Below the pieces are notes generated by a model. It did no database searches, was not told the DNA's origin, and saw only the letters and a program-made list of their open reading frames with translations. Positions 1 through 13,720 of a stretch of DNA of 64,000 bases are shown here, piece after piece. Origin of the DNA: Podarcis liolepis (taxonomy: Eukaryota); NCBI GenBank assembly GCA_965112155.1, contig OZ218112.1; one strand, written 5' to 3'. Position 1 is the first letter of the stretch; every line of letters starts with the position of its first letter. The position numbers and the translations under genes are program-made.

Positions 1-2374
1 TAAAAATCAAAAAATCTCTATACACATGTATATAGATAATCATAAGAGACTATATACTGCTATCTCCTGGGGCATTAACCAAATTATATTACTATTTGAT
101 GAGCAGCAGATTAAAATGAAAAACTGTAACCAAAACATTTGAATATGCAATGGTGCCCAAAGCTTCCTGGCATATTTGGGTGTATCTCCTGATTTGGACA
201 ACACATTACACATTTTAATAACTAACTAATAAAATAACTAAGTTTAATAACTCAGTAATTGGCTAAAAACAAGGCAGTGAACGGACTGGTTTTAGGCTGA
301 CTTGACAGCCTAAATGAGTTAATGTTGACAAAGTACAATGCACTTTCTAAGTAAGAAGGGTTGATCTTACCCTTCATTCTGCATATATTTATCCTTCTTT
401 CATGTGGTGCCAAATTTGACATGTGGTGATAATGTGCCTATATTAATAAAGGAAATATTAAATGGGGGGAAGTGTGTGATGCATCTGTTGGAGGTCAGCA
501 ACCTTTCTAGGCCCATTAGCATTTGGAGTCTTAAGTGAGTCTTATGAGTATCACCTGCTCTAGGCACTTCAGAAGAATAAACATTGAAAGCCACAGAAGG
601 CTGAAAGAGGAAGTGGGGAAGAGAGACACTTTTTCAGGTTCCTTCTTCAGCTCAATTTATTTTTCGGAGGGGGGGGGGAGAGAATGTATTTACCTTCCTC
701 ATTGCCAAATGAGGTAATGGTGGGAGGTTCAAAGGTTTCATGGGTGTAAGACGATGGCATCCATAGGTACCACACTGGTGACCTGTGATCTAGGTGCATC
801 AGTGTTTGGTTGGAGACCATGAGTTCATACCAAACTTCAGGTGTTTAGATTTGGGGGACAGGGGTGAATGGTGTTAATATTGCAAAAGATTCATTTATCC
901 ATATTTTTATCAATTGCTTCATAAGGCCAGGAAAAGATAAAGATATGGCTGGGCCAGAAAAAAAACCTGACATAGACATTGCATCAAATTTGTTTCCTGT
1001 TCCTCTTGAACATGGCAGCTAATCTGTGGGCCTCTAGTCTAGCCCCCTGCAGGAATCTCAGCTAAAGCATCCATCACAGATGGCCATCCAACCTCTCCTT
1101 AAAAACTTCCAAAAGAGTCCATCACCTCTCAATGGAGTCCATTCCACTGTCCAACATGCCAAGCCAAACCATGGGAGTTCACATGCTCATGCTAAGCACT
1201 GGGGTTTAGGGAAGCTGGGAGTCTAACATCTGGGGGCCACATGTTCCATGTTCCTGAGTTAATGTGACAAGTCATATTTTTTAGAATGGCTGCAGTTCAT
1301 CAGATCATCACATCTTACATTGGAGCTTCCCTTGTTCTCTTATTACTCAATGGAATAGGGGAAAGAACCATCATATAGCTTAGGGCCTCTGTAACAGTAA
1401 ATGAGAAACATGTATTTGTAAGTTGAATTATTGTCCAATATTCTCAGATTGCACATCTAGATCTAGACCACCTTGCTGGTTTTTCAGAGCCCTTAGACTT
1501 TCAAAATGTGTCTAGGCGTGTACTAGGCACATACAATCCAGAATTCTAGCCTAGAATAATATTGAATATAGTTTGGGGTTCTTAACACAGTCCTACTGGT
1601 TTCTCCCTTTGTAAAAATAAATATCTAAGGGATACATAGATGTTGATGGAAAGATTTATGTTGGCTTCAGGGTTGGATAAAGAAAATTCTTAAGCATTGT
1701 GGCTCATTTACCTAAGATTTCAATCCCTACTGTTCAGGAATGGATGAGAGTATCAACTTCAGTTTGTCATTTTTCCAGTGTTCACTTAAATTTGTTGCAT
1801 TTCCATATCAGTTTCAGATTATTATTAAAGTCCTCATGAAAATTCATCAGCATTTAAGTGTGTATTTTTTATAAGCAATTGTTTCTAACAGCATGCATTT
1901 TTGTAAGTTAATCTTTACTAATATATGCATTTTTACAGACACTTTTGCTTATTATATGCATTTCTGTATATCTTTTTTGGTTGGAGAACCGCTTCACAAA
2001 ATTTGATGAAGTGAAAATTTTGAAGGATAATTAAGGATACTTTTTACAAACAACTGTTTCTAATATAATGCATTTTTGTAGGTTAATCTTTACTAATATA
2101 TGTATTTTGAAGGACAATTAAGCTTTAGTTTGCATGTTGTTTCAAGAAGTTCAAATTATGTAGTTTCCATTTTAAAATGCAAAGCAAACATCTTTCCCCT
2201 CCCCTACAATAGTTGAAAGTTCTTTACAAAATCACACAAAGTAGTCAGTGAGACCATGTGGTGAACCTTATCCCCAAACATGTTGCTATCAAACTGTACA
2301 TCTTTCCCTTCTGATTTGAATGCTCTTTCCTTTATCTTGTGGGCAGAAGTCCTAGGCCCTTTATGTATAAAGTA

Positions 2375-2495
2375 GCAAAATGCTTTTGCAAAAAGAGGGT
2401 CTTACATTTCACTTGGCACGAGGGAAGAGACATGGTCCTCCTGATTTCTGGTGGAAGGCAATTCCACAGCCGAGGGCCAGCAAATCCCCCACTGA
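2375..2495 (-). mobile_element. L2 LINE ORF2 C-terminal fragment
   Basis: AGPRLWNCLPPEIR..KCKTLF matches the L2 P.LWN.LP..IR..LKT.LF motif. A similar remnant lies at ~15050-15230 (+). Confidence 0.7.
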
Positions 2496-3196
2496 CTTCT
2501 GTGGGATCAGGATCAGGACCCCAATGTGGAATAAGGAAAAAGGATATAATAAATTCTTGTTGGTCTTTTTTTCCCATTCACATTATTCTTTTTTTATTAA
2601 AAAATGCTTTAACAGTTTCTGGATAGAAAATGGCAAAACTGTTTTAATTCCCCATTTTCCTTTTAAACAGAAAACCTATTGGATTGTTGAACATTAACAT
2701 GAATGGCTTGACATGCACAACACAGATTATTTTCTGCGATGCACAGCTCAGAGAGACCATTAGAGTACAAAAGAGGCAACAAAATGGTAAACTCAAATCT
2801 GTTATTAAGGCTATCACAATAAATAGCTTGCAATAATTATGTTGATTCATTGCTGAATGGTAGTTCAAACACAAAAAAGAATAGTACTAAAATGACTTGA
2901 GAAAGCATGTCGATCCAGAATTAATTTTGATGGATATCTTTTAAAATATAGATTGTCAATGTGCAGTTAAGAAATTAAATATGTATGATTTCATATGTAT
3001 TATTTTTTAAGGAACTCTAAGATGACTATGAAACTGCATCTCCTAATTACTGGAAATAACCTATTAGAGAGCTCTTGGTTTATTATAGTGCAGATATTCT
3101 ATTGTAAAGAAAATGTAAGCTATTCTCAAAATTTCTTAAACATATTGGTGTTGTAAGTTATTTTGCTAGACCAGCCATGGCAAATGAAAGATGTTA

Positions 3197-3415
3197 GGGC
3201 TTATCCACACTTCCTCTTGTCCTGCTGCTTTTCCCCGAGGAAAACCACTCTTTAGCACTCAATCAGAGCAAATGGCAAGAGCGGGTTTTGCCTGGGAAGG
3301 AGTGGAGCAAGGCGAAAACCGCTTGGACCTGTACCTAGAAAGCATGGGTCCAGCAAAAGAATTGCTCAGATCCATGCTTTCTAGGCACAGGACAAGTGGA
3401 AGTGTAGACAAGCCC
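3197..3415. mobile_element. PIF/Harbinger-like MITE
   Basis: ~27-bp TIR gggcttatccacacttcctcttgtcctg / caggacaagtggaagtgtagacaagccc; 3-bp flanks tta/tca. Confidence 0.7.
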
Positions 3416-3554
3416 TCAGAGCCCACCCATGCCAGGCAAAGATGACAACAGAATCCAGGAAAAGAGAAATAACATATTGTCACACGTACAAACCTTTTAA
3501 CAAAACATAATTGGCATAAAATCTCCATTAGGGAACAAGTACCACATCAAAATA

Positions 3555-3714
3555 TTGGTCTGTCTGGTTCAGTATTGTCCATGTGGACCAGCAGCAACTT
3601 TCCAGAACTTTCAGACAAGGGATATTCCCAACCCAACCTAGAGATTTCAAGGATTGAGCCTGGGGTCTTCTGCATTCAAAGCAGAGGCTCTACCACTGAG
3701 CTAAAGCCCTTCCC
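3555..3714 (-). mobile_element. tRNA-Ala-like-headed SINE
   Basis: Reverse complement of the same family (ctctaccactgagcta A box). Confidence 0.7.
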
Positions 3715-6693
3715 ACAGATATCTGCCAACAAAATCTCATGCAACTGATTTCTAACAGCAGCCTAAAACATAGAACTGATCTGGTCCCATTGGTTCTCAT
3801 GAATGTGCCTTTCTGACTAAACAGAAATTCTGAAATCTACGCATATAGCGACAAGCCTGTGGTTTAATAGCACAGCGAAATGGTGCTTCAATTTTTATTC
3901 CGTTTAAGCCTGATAACAGCCCTGTTTACTTGGAAGGTAGTGCTTTGCTTCTAGACATGCCTTTGTGCTGGATTACACATCTAAAATCACCCAATGCATC
4001 TAAAAAATGTTAGGACACTTTTTATAACCTCCCACCCAAAAAAGAAAGGAAAAGTGGATTATGAATGCATAAGAAACACACAAACGGACTCTTACATAGT
4101 ATTGGCTAGCAGCATTAAAACAATGACAGTGTGCTGCAATGAACAATGATGCAGTGTGGTGTAGCGGTTAGAGTGTTAGACTATGTTCTTAGAGACAAGG
4201 GTTCATATACCCACTCTTCCATAAAGCTCAGTGTGTATACACACAACAAGCCAAACCCGGAAGTGACCTGGAAAAATTATAAGGACATCACTGAAACATC
4301 ACTAAAAGGTGGAACGGGGGCAGAATGGGGGTGGAGTGGAGCAGGGTGTTTGCAGGTTTTTTCAATGGGTTTCAGTTATACGTGATTTCACCAATGTACA
4401 TGGTGCCTCGGCTCATAACCCCCATGTAAATGGGGCCTGCCTGTATATGTGAGAAATAACTGAAGAAATAAATTTATGTGAAGTGACTGACAAATACATA
4501 TAACTTTTACTTCATCCTGTTTTGTAGTCAAGACATTTGAATCTTTTTTCATATATAAAAAAAAACCACCACCATTTGGCAGTGAAAAACCAGTAGAGGG
4601 GCTGTCAAAATGCGTTTCTATTCCTCAATGTGCCTTTTCAAAATGTGATGTGCCACAAGTGAGGTTAGAATTATTATTTAATTAGACAGAAAATGGCATG
4701 TATAAGAGGCATGCCAGAAAAACAGATATCAAGCCAAAAGGATTTGAAAAATGAAACAGCATTTCATTATTATTTTTTGGGTTGTTGTTTCACTGTAATA
4801 AAGAAGATAAAAAAGAACACTGGAGAAACGACTCATTAACCAAGTGTCACGTTGGTCTGATAAGTGTCTTTGAATCTTCCGGTTCAGGAAATCTTTTCAA
4901 GTCTTCTGACTTATGCAGTTGTGTAGGTTGCCACATTTTCTACAGAGAGTAAGATGTACCCCCCCACTCCACTCCACAGGTGGGGAGCCTGTAGCCCTCC
5001 AAATTCCATTGGACCCCAGCTTCCATCAGTTAGCATAGCCACTGGCCCAGGACTTAGAGTCCGACAGTATCAGGAAGACTGCAAGTTCCCCATCATCAAC
5101 CAGGGTACATATAATCCTTCAACAAGCTAAACACGCTTCAGGTGTTTTGAATTACAACTTTCAGAAGCCCCATCAAGCATAGACAAATGTCAGGAATGAT
5201 GGTAGTTGTAGTCCACACCACCCGGAGGCACCAGGTTCACTCATATGAACTTGAATGATCTTGAGTGCTTTTCGCATTATCAAAGACAATCCTGGGCACC
5301 AAGACAGACTACAAAACTCAAAAGTTGCATTGATGAAGTTTTATTGTATGTTGGATTTGAATGCTGCTATTCTGCTCTGCTGTTTTCCTAAGTGTGATTG
5401 TACATAATTTTATATAATTATATTGATTCATGTTGGACGTCACCCTAATAGCTTTGCTGAAGGGCAGTCTATTGAAATAAGAAAACCTTTTTTAAAAAAT
5501 CAACAGTCCAAAAAGGTACTGCTCAAGACACAGAACAATAAAAGGAGCTGCACACCCACAAAAAGTGATCTGTTGGGGAGCAGACAACACTATAATGCTG
5601 CGTCCCTATGATTAAGCATGGAAGCAATATCACACACACAAAATCAACACACAAATGGAAGCCACATAGACAGAAAATCTATTTGCCTCCCCCCAAAATT
5701 CTATAAATACTGGAAGAATGCCAAACAAATCCAAGACACTTAAATCACATGATTCCACTCACACAGAAACAATGAGATGGTGTCTACATTGTGGTGATGG
5801 CTGAATACATACAAGATTACACCTTTGTACTTCATATTAATTAAATGCTCCCCGTCCCCTGTTCTGTAGTCACAGTCATTAATGCCAGTTAGCATCCCCA
5901 CTTCACCAATAAAGCCTGAGGAAAATCCATAGTTTAACTGCTCTAATTATAGGTACAGCAGGTTAATTAAGAAAGAAGGAAGTATACTCTGTGCATGTGA
6001 AAAAAATAATGAGAATCCCCCATTGGTAAGGATAGCAGCACCCTGGCAAAAATATGAGAAATCCACTCTACAGCAATTTGGAGCACGACTGTCCGTGTGG
6101 CTGTCTCTGTTTTGTGGAACATCATCCATATTGAGATACAGCAGCCACCCACAATTCATACTTTCAGAAACAAATGAAGCCATTTTGTTCTGAAAAGTGT
6201 TACCAACTGGATGGTTTTTTAAAGGTTTCAGCCTTGGATGTTTATTTGTAAAAAATACATTGAGTTGTTGGTGTTGTAGTTGTTGTTGTTCGTATTATTT
6301 TACAATCATTTTACAATTTTAGTTCATTTTATTGCATGATTCCTAATCATATGAAGACGTGTGTGAAAGGCATTCCAGTAACAAGAACAGCAGACGAAGG
6401 AATAACAAGGACTATAGCTGACAGATGTGATCCAGAATCCCCTTGGCCTACTATGCCAGATGGATCTCCATAAAGACATGAGGCTTATTATAATTCTCAA
6501 TGGAGAAAGCCTTGTTATGTGTTAGAATTTAGAGGAGCCTGTGGGAGGCAGGGGGAACCCACCCTAGCTAGGATGGGCCCAGCTTATCTAGCTATTATCT
6601 CGGGGGTCTCAGTATTCAGTCTTTTACTTATGATAGTTCCTTACTATTTAAGTTTTTTTAGTTGTGTTAGCTTAACAGAAAACAATGGAAGTA

Positions 6694-6923
6694 CAGTGGT
6701 GCCCCGCAAGACGAAACTAATTCATTCCGCAATTTTTGCTGTCTAGCGAATTTTTCTTCTTGCGAAGCACGGTTTAAACGGTTTAACAAAGTCGCAAGAC
6801 GTTTTCGTCTTGCGAAGCAAGCCCATAGGGGAATTCGTCTTGCGAGGCAAATCGCGAATGAAAAAACCTTTCGTCTAGCGAGTTTTTTGTCTTGCGAGGC
6901 ATTCGTCTTGCGGGGCACCACTG
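6694..6923. mobile_element. Tc1/mariner-pogo MITE family B (young, CpG-rich)
   Basis: Perfect 22-bp TIR CAGTGGTGCCCCGCAAGACGAA; TA TSD; internal repeats of ttcgtcttgcga. Confidence 0.92.
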
Positions 6924-7567
6924 TATTCCACTCCATGTGGAGAAAACTTCCTTCTCCGACTTTGCCTGTGGCAGCTCATCTGAAATGGCGTGGAAACAAA
7001 GTGATACAGCTGGCTACCTGAAACTGATAGTGTTGAACTGTTAGCCAACATCTAGCCAGTAGCTTGAGGCACTCCTGCCCAGGGCCATAGTCATGAAGAG
7101 TTTTAAGTATGGAGGAGGGACCTCAGGCCCAAACTCCCTCTGTGAGTCTCCTAGTCTCTCCATCTTACTCTTAGGCCTCTTCCTAGGCCGCAACTGATTT
7201 CCTGGCCATGCTTCTCACAGGCCTTGCTCTGAATCACATGCCTATCTGGAATGTGCCCTTGAAATGGAATGTACCTCTTGCTTGTGTAAAGGTGTACAGA
7301 AATGTCTGCCTTTTGTGTAGCCTGGAATGTAGCCTACTACGTTAAGCTTAGAGTGGCATTATTTTTTTCTACCATATTCTCTTGCCTCTGGCCCTGCCCA
7401 CCATTAGAATGTCCTCCTGGAAGATTCCTCATGAGGCAATGTAGCTCAAAAGGTTTCCACACCCTTGGTTCAAAGTCTCCTTTTTTTAAAAGCAGAACAT
7501 TACTTTCTATGAACCTGGATGACTCCCAGGTTGAGCTGAGCTGGGTGGGAATCTGATCCAACAGATA

Positions 7568-7808
7568 CAGTGGTACCTCGGGTTACAAACGCTTCAGGTT
7601 ACAGATGCTTCAGTTACAGACTCCACTAACCCAGAAATATTACCTCGGGTTAAGAACTTTGCTTCAGGATGAGAACAGAAATCGTGTGCTGGCGGCGTGG
7701 CAGCAGCGGGAGGTCCCATTAGCTAAAGTGGTGTCTCAGGTTAAGAACAGTTTCAGGTTAAGAATGGACCTCAAGAACGAATTAAGTTTGTAACCCGAGG
7801 TACCACTG
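7568..7808 (+). mobile_element. Tc1/mariner-pogo (Tigger-like) MITE, family A copy 1
   Basis: TIR CAGTGGTACCTCGGGTTACAAAC; TA TSD; near-identical to 21956-22197 and 30056-30297. Confidence 0.92.
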
Positions 7809-10375
7809 TAATTGGTTGAGTAGTTCCTGTTCATTAAGTCTTGCTCATTTAGAGAACAATTATATGTATATCTACTCAGAAAAAAGGCCCATTCCGTTCA
7901 AAGGGCTTACTCCCTGCTAAGTGCATTTAAGACTGCAGCCTTAATCGTGACACAAATACAATGTAGGAGACAATAAACTTGTAGACTTGAAAATTGCTGC
8001 CAAGCATCTGTTGTGAGACAGGTGAGGCAGCAAATATATCTTTGAGAGAAAGAAATGTTTATTTTGAGAGGCAGCAATATTAGAAGGCTTGCATTGGAGA
8101 CCTCTGTCTGTTAGTAATAAAAAAATAAACAAAATTGTCACTGGGGTGTGGACAAAGTAGAATATTTCCCTTCCCCAAATCCCAGCGCAAACAAAAATGA
8201 AAGCCTTCCCTGCAACAAAGCACATGTCAGGTAGAAGAGTGCACTCTTTCTCCTGGGATACTAGTTTTCTGTGTGGATGGATATTTTTAGATGGAATAAC
8301 ATTTAAATTGTTGAAGTCCAAGAAAAGGACTGCTGCTTGACAGTGCTGTAAATCTGACCTTGGGATGGGCTGTAGCCTGATTAGGATGGCAAGATGAAAA
8401 AGGGACAGGGCTCCTGTACCTTTAATAGCAAGCTATACCTGATGAAATTCCAGTTCTATAAAACCCTTAAAGGTGTAGAAGCCACGTTCCCTTTTCATCT
8501 GACCACCATAGGCCTGACCTGCTGTCTGTTTACTCAGAGGCAACTCCTACTGATTTGTGCCCCATCCCACTCCATATTTGTCTACTCAAACTTTTTGGTT
8601 TAATTTTGTAGTCAGAAGTAACTCTTGCCATCTTCACTAGGAATTGTGCCCTTGTAAAAAAGTTTAGGACTGCAACCTTACATTGCAGCCTTTGTTGCAT
8701 AAAAGGAAGAATTTCATCAGGTGTTGTTTCCCATGCTACATCAGTAATTAAGTAATTAAGGTTGCAATCCTAACCTCATTTACCTAGGAATTAAATTCGA
8801 CTGACTTCTGAATTGACACGGTTAGGATTCTGTTGTAATGCACCTATGGCTTATTCCCAAGTAAATTCACATAGGATTATAGCCTCAAATATTTTAACAA
8901 ACTATTTGGGTGTAGGTTAATTGAACAGGAACTGATTTACAGTGATATGGCTTTGTGGTGAAAATTAATTAAAACATTTTTATTTGAGGTGATTTGGAAA
9001 TGGAATTAATTGGCTTGCCTTTTTGAAATTTACATGTTAGTAATTATTTCTAAATTTGAATATATACTTATAAATTAGCATGTGGCATTTTTAATGAAAA
9101 TTGTGTTCTCGTTTATCTTCTTTTTCAGCGGTGCATGTCCCCTATTTCCGGGGATGCATAAGTGGCAACGCTGTTTCTTAAATAAACTTTTCTACTCCTG
9201 CGACTTTCTGGATCATGACTTGAAAGTACATTATTCTATAACATGTTATATAACCTGCTTTCGCCTCTCAGTCCTGGCTGAGCTGCAGAAATACTCTGTA
9301 TTCAATAAACAAAGCAAAACAAAGATAACCAGTGTGTATTTAAGCGACTTAAACAAACGTGAAATGAACAGAGAACAGGAAAGCATGCTCTGTTGAGTCG
9401 TTGAAGTTTTAAGGATCCTATAAAAACAATAAGCACATAGAGCTATGGCTGTCAAAGATAATGACAGTACATGACCCTGTAAATCATCAGTCCTGAACAA
9501 TTAGAGCAAAGTGTCCATAAAAGCTGAGAATCATAATTATTTTTAGTGAGAGAAAAGGGAACAAGCCATGGGTTGGCAACATGTGTGAGTGCTTTATCAT
9601 GATGGAGAGGGAGAGATAATAAATTCATCTAAGGTGAAAATAAGAAATTGCCTCTAAAAGGGGCCTCTTAACCTTTTTAATGTTATCCTAGCTCTGCTAT
9701 CCTTTCCCACAAATTGCTGCCTCTCTTTCACCACTCTGAAAGCACTAGTTTTTAATAATAGGGTGCTGTTAGATTGTGCATGTAAACTAGGAATTTACCC
9801 TACTTTAAACTAGAGGTTACAATCCTAGACCCATTTTGGCTGGAAGAGTGGTATGATACTGCTTTAAATGTATAGCGCAGATGGGGCCTGAGCGAAATTA
9901 TGTGTAACTAAAAAAGCTTTGTAATTTTCCTTTGTCCCCCCACACGATTATTCAGTTATTTTTCTGCATCTATTCTTAGATGGGTCACACAAATAAAACA
10001 GGATAGCCACTTTTACTCCGGCTGTTCCTGACTAAAAACATCCCTGTACAGAGTCAGATGCAGACTTTGGCTTCTCTGCTTGTCTTGGCCAGCAAAGGAC
10101 TCTAAATACTCTCTGGCAACTACAGTTCTCCTCTGCCCTTGAGCGCCTTCTTGCTCAGCAGTTCACCCCTAGTTCTGCTAAGTTCTTACAGTGGTGATTC
10201 ACTGTTGGTTCCTTCTCAGTTTAGAAGAATATCACAGGACAAGCCCCAACTCTTTCTTCAGGGCCTACAGGTTCCTTCCCCTTCCTTCAGGTAAATGGTG
10301 AGAGTAGCACTCATCCAAGAAAGGAACACGAGCAAACCCCAAACAATTTCCATCGGGGAACAACTTTGTTGAGGC

Positions 10376-10403
10376 CTTACTTACTTACTTACTTACTTAC
10401 TTA
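10376..10403. repeat. (TTAC)n microsatellite
   Basis: Direct reading. Confidence 0.93.
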
Positions 10404-12722
10404 TTTTAGCATTTCTGCACTGCTGCAGAAGTAGTCTGAAAGGTTAGCAAAACCAAATTGCCAATACAACCTAACAACACAGAACATAATCAATACAATA
10501 TTTACTGCATTTGCCTTAATATACATAAAGGCAGAATACCTTCTTTTGAATTCAACCTTTTGAAATTGGGTGCACCTCCAACATAATGAATTCAGAAGAA
10601 GATATTCTGCCTTTATGTGGTAATTTGAGTGCATGTTGTCCCTGACATTGCCTGCAAGTGAGTAATAAAAATATACTCGTGCTAAGGCATCTAATCCCTC
10701 CACCCATTTTTCAAGCTGCACACTACCAGCTTTCCAACTACTTCCCCTCCCTTCAAAGCCACAAAAACAAAAAATGTATTGGGCATGGTGGGAAATTAAG
10801 AAAGTGGCTAGACTCACTTTGCCTGTGGCCATTGAAGCCAAGTAAGGCCACTAACAGGGGAAATGACACATCAGAGGACACTATGCCCAGCTCCCCCCCC
10901 CAACCCCCACAATCCTGCAGCTGGTCCTGCTTAGATTGTAAGCACTTCAGAATAGGAACATGGCCTTGGTCCAACCACTGTCCCTCAGCCTAACCTACCT
11001 AAGAGAGCTTTTTCCTGGACAAAATACAAAGGGGGAGAACTATGCATGTGCTCCTTGCAAGATACATCTACAGTATATATTTACATATCATGTACAGATA
11101 GGGCTATTGATAATGATGACTGCGACAACGGTTTGATTTTCTTGTTAGAATCCTCAGAACTGAAGCATGAGGTAGAAATATAGGAAATAGGAATAAATAT
11201 AACCATTTGTAGGAAGAATTGTCCAGTCCTGAAAGCTGTTACAAACCGCTGTGGTTTTAAGAATTAGAATGAGATTTTGAAGGATATAAGCACTCAACAT
11301 GTGCATTCTGAATTATCTCTGGTTATTATAGGGGGAGATGAATTAATGCCTCTAAATCTACTTTGAGATTACAAATGTTCCAAATAAAATAAAATAAAAG
11401 AATCGGCTTAAACCTATTAGATAGATTTCAGTATTATTATACAAGAAAGATTTAGCACAGTGATACATCTGCCATCAAAATGCGTCTGGTTTGATTGTAA
11501 AAGAATTTTGTTCCCTTTCATGTAACTTTGAGAAAAGCGGGGGTGGGGGTGGGAGCAATGCACTGGTGTTTCCTCTTCTGCCATCAGATCATTTGCTGGA
11601 AATAAACTGAGAAATAAGGCAGTTTTCTCTACAGTGGTGAAGAAGAAATGCCATATATAAAGTAGCCCCAGGCTACAGTGCTGTTTAAGCAGAGTCTGCA
11701 CTGCCGTTCTTTGGAATAATACGATAGGTCATTTAGGGTAACTGTTATGGACAAATAACTGGTATCCACCAATATACCACTTTCCTCTGTAGTGTTCATA
11801 GTTCATTGGCTGGCCCAGGACCAGTTACCCCACAGGATTGTGGTGGTGAAGACAAACAGGTGAGGGCAGAGACAGAGATACAACTCTGTATGCTGCCTTA
11901 ATCTCCTGGAAGAAAAGGTGTTACGGGAAAGAATGATTTTCCAGTGCATGAATTTCCCTTCCCTCTTCTCTTTGTCATTGCCAGAAGATGAGATTAAACA
12001 CTCCTCTCTGTGTTTTTAAGCATCCCTGTGACATCTTAACTCAAGTAACTGTGGTTGGCTTAAACTATGGTTTGATAACAAGCTAGGTTTTGTTTCTTTT
12101 TTTTTTTTGTTATACCATGGTGATGGTACTATATATGCTTGGTGATCTTTTCTTTTGTTTAAAATCTGCAATAAATATCTTTTTTTAAAAAAAAGATAAC
12201 AAGCTAGGATCTAAAACCATGGTTTGATCCTGGATTCTTCTCATTAACAACCTAACTCAGTTCCCAGAGTTTGGGCATCATAGGAAACTATGGTTTGTCA
12301 AAAAGTGACACTGGAAGCTTTGAAGCTTTTCCTCTGGCATGCAAAAAAGCAGGAGGGGATGCAAGAGCCTAAGGCTTATGTGGGTTCATTCATGAGGCAT
12401 TTCCCATTAAACCCAAATTGGTTGACTAGATGACAAAAAATTACACATCAGAAAACCTACATTTAATACCTGACCCCCAATTATAAAGCTACTTTTTCTT
12501 TGCTTTATTTATTTAGTACATTTGCATCCTGTTCCACTACTTTTATTCAATAATGTTTGATTCATTTTTAGCATTTGTAACAAATATTTGATATTCTTTC
12601 CTGCAAGCTGCTTAGAGTTCTTTTCTGATTAAATGGCATATAAATCCTGTTAAATGAATAAATAGTTTCACATACACTTTATTTTTAGGTCATAGATATG
12701 TGCATTGTAGGTTTGTACCTAC

Positions 12723-12963
12723 CTGGTTTCTAGTGGTATATTACTATTCAGGACCCAACTGTTATGGAGATGCACTGCGTCCTGCGTACTGGTTGGAGGG
12801 GGAGGAGCAGCTGGGCTAGGTTGGCTGCGGGTCGTCATTGATCTTCCCTGGAAAGAGTCAGCTGTTGAAAGCGGCTTCCTGCTGCAGGTACATGTGTGGG
12901 GTGGTGGTGGAGGTGGCGGCAGTGGTCTGAACGTGAACTGGTTTCGTGGGCTTCCTGGCATTT
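12723..12963 (-). CDS. TENM1: Teneurin-1 coding exon (equivalent to human coding exon 4), proline-rich intracellular domain, 241 nt, phase 1 to phase 2
   Basis: Translates (E)MPGSPRNQFTFRPLPPPPPPPHTCTCSRKPLSTADSFQGRSMTTRSQPSPAAPPPPTSTQDAVHLHNSWVLNSNIPLETR, with the teneurin signature SWVLNSNIPLETR. Acceptor ccacatttag|AA ATG; donor ACC AG|gtaggt. The frame is compatible with the upstream exon. Confidence 0.97.
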
Positions 12964-13468
12964 CTAAATGTGGAGAGACATCAAGGGGAGGGGAGAGAGA
13001 GAGAGAAACAAGAGAGCCGGTTATTATTTTGAGCAACAACAGAAGAATAAAGAGTTTCCATGCCTAATAGGATTACAGCATTTGTCATAGAGAATGTTGC
13101 GATCAATCTGTCTTGGAAATGTAATTTTAACTTATGAGTTCACGAAATGCTTGCATACAAAATGGAGAACATCCACTGATTTGAATCTGTATGAAATGCA
13201 GTCAATATAAAAGTTAGTGAAGTGACTTATGCAATTTCTCCTAGGCTTTCTATTTGGTTTTTTTTTGGGGGGGGGGTGTTTTTTAATAAAGACAAAAGAG
13301 TCATAGGCTGAGAGTGTGTTACAGCTCAGATGCCACGTGATTTCATCAACTGCATTTCGGAACATAGCGATGAAAGGAACTGTAATGTTTTAGAAATAAA
13401 CGTCTTTCATGCAAAATCGAAACAGGAGAAACCATCCAATTCATCTATCACATTCATATAATATAAAC

Positions 13469-13720
13469 CATGGGTAGGCAAACTAAAGCCCAAGGGCCAG
13501 ATCCAGCCCAATCGCCTTCTAAATCCGGCCTGTGGACGGTCCGGGAATCAGTGTGTTTTTTCATGAGTAGAATGTGTCCTTTTATTTAAACTGCATCTCT
13601 GGGTTATTTGTGGGGCAAAGAAATTCGTTCATTCCCCCCCCCAAAAAATATAGTCCGGCCCCGCACAAGGTCTGAGGGACAGGGGACCAGCCCCCTGCTT
13701 AAAAAGTTTGCTGACCCCTG
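13469..13720 (+). mobile_element. Non-autonomous hAT-like element family E copy 1
   Basis: Termini catgggtaggcaaact / agtttgctgacccctg; homologous to 58263-58590. Confidence 0.85.

Noticed and set aside
12964-13039. N-terminal extensions of the ORF-track entries covering both exons (also 60107-60161)
   Set aside because: They are intronic polypyrimidine tract read in frame, upstream of clear AG acceptors.
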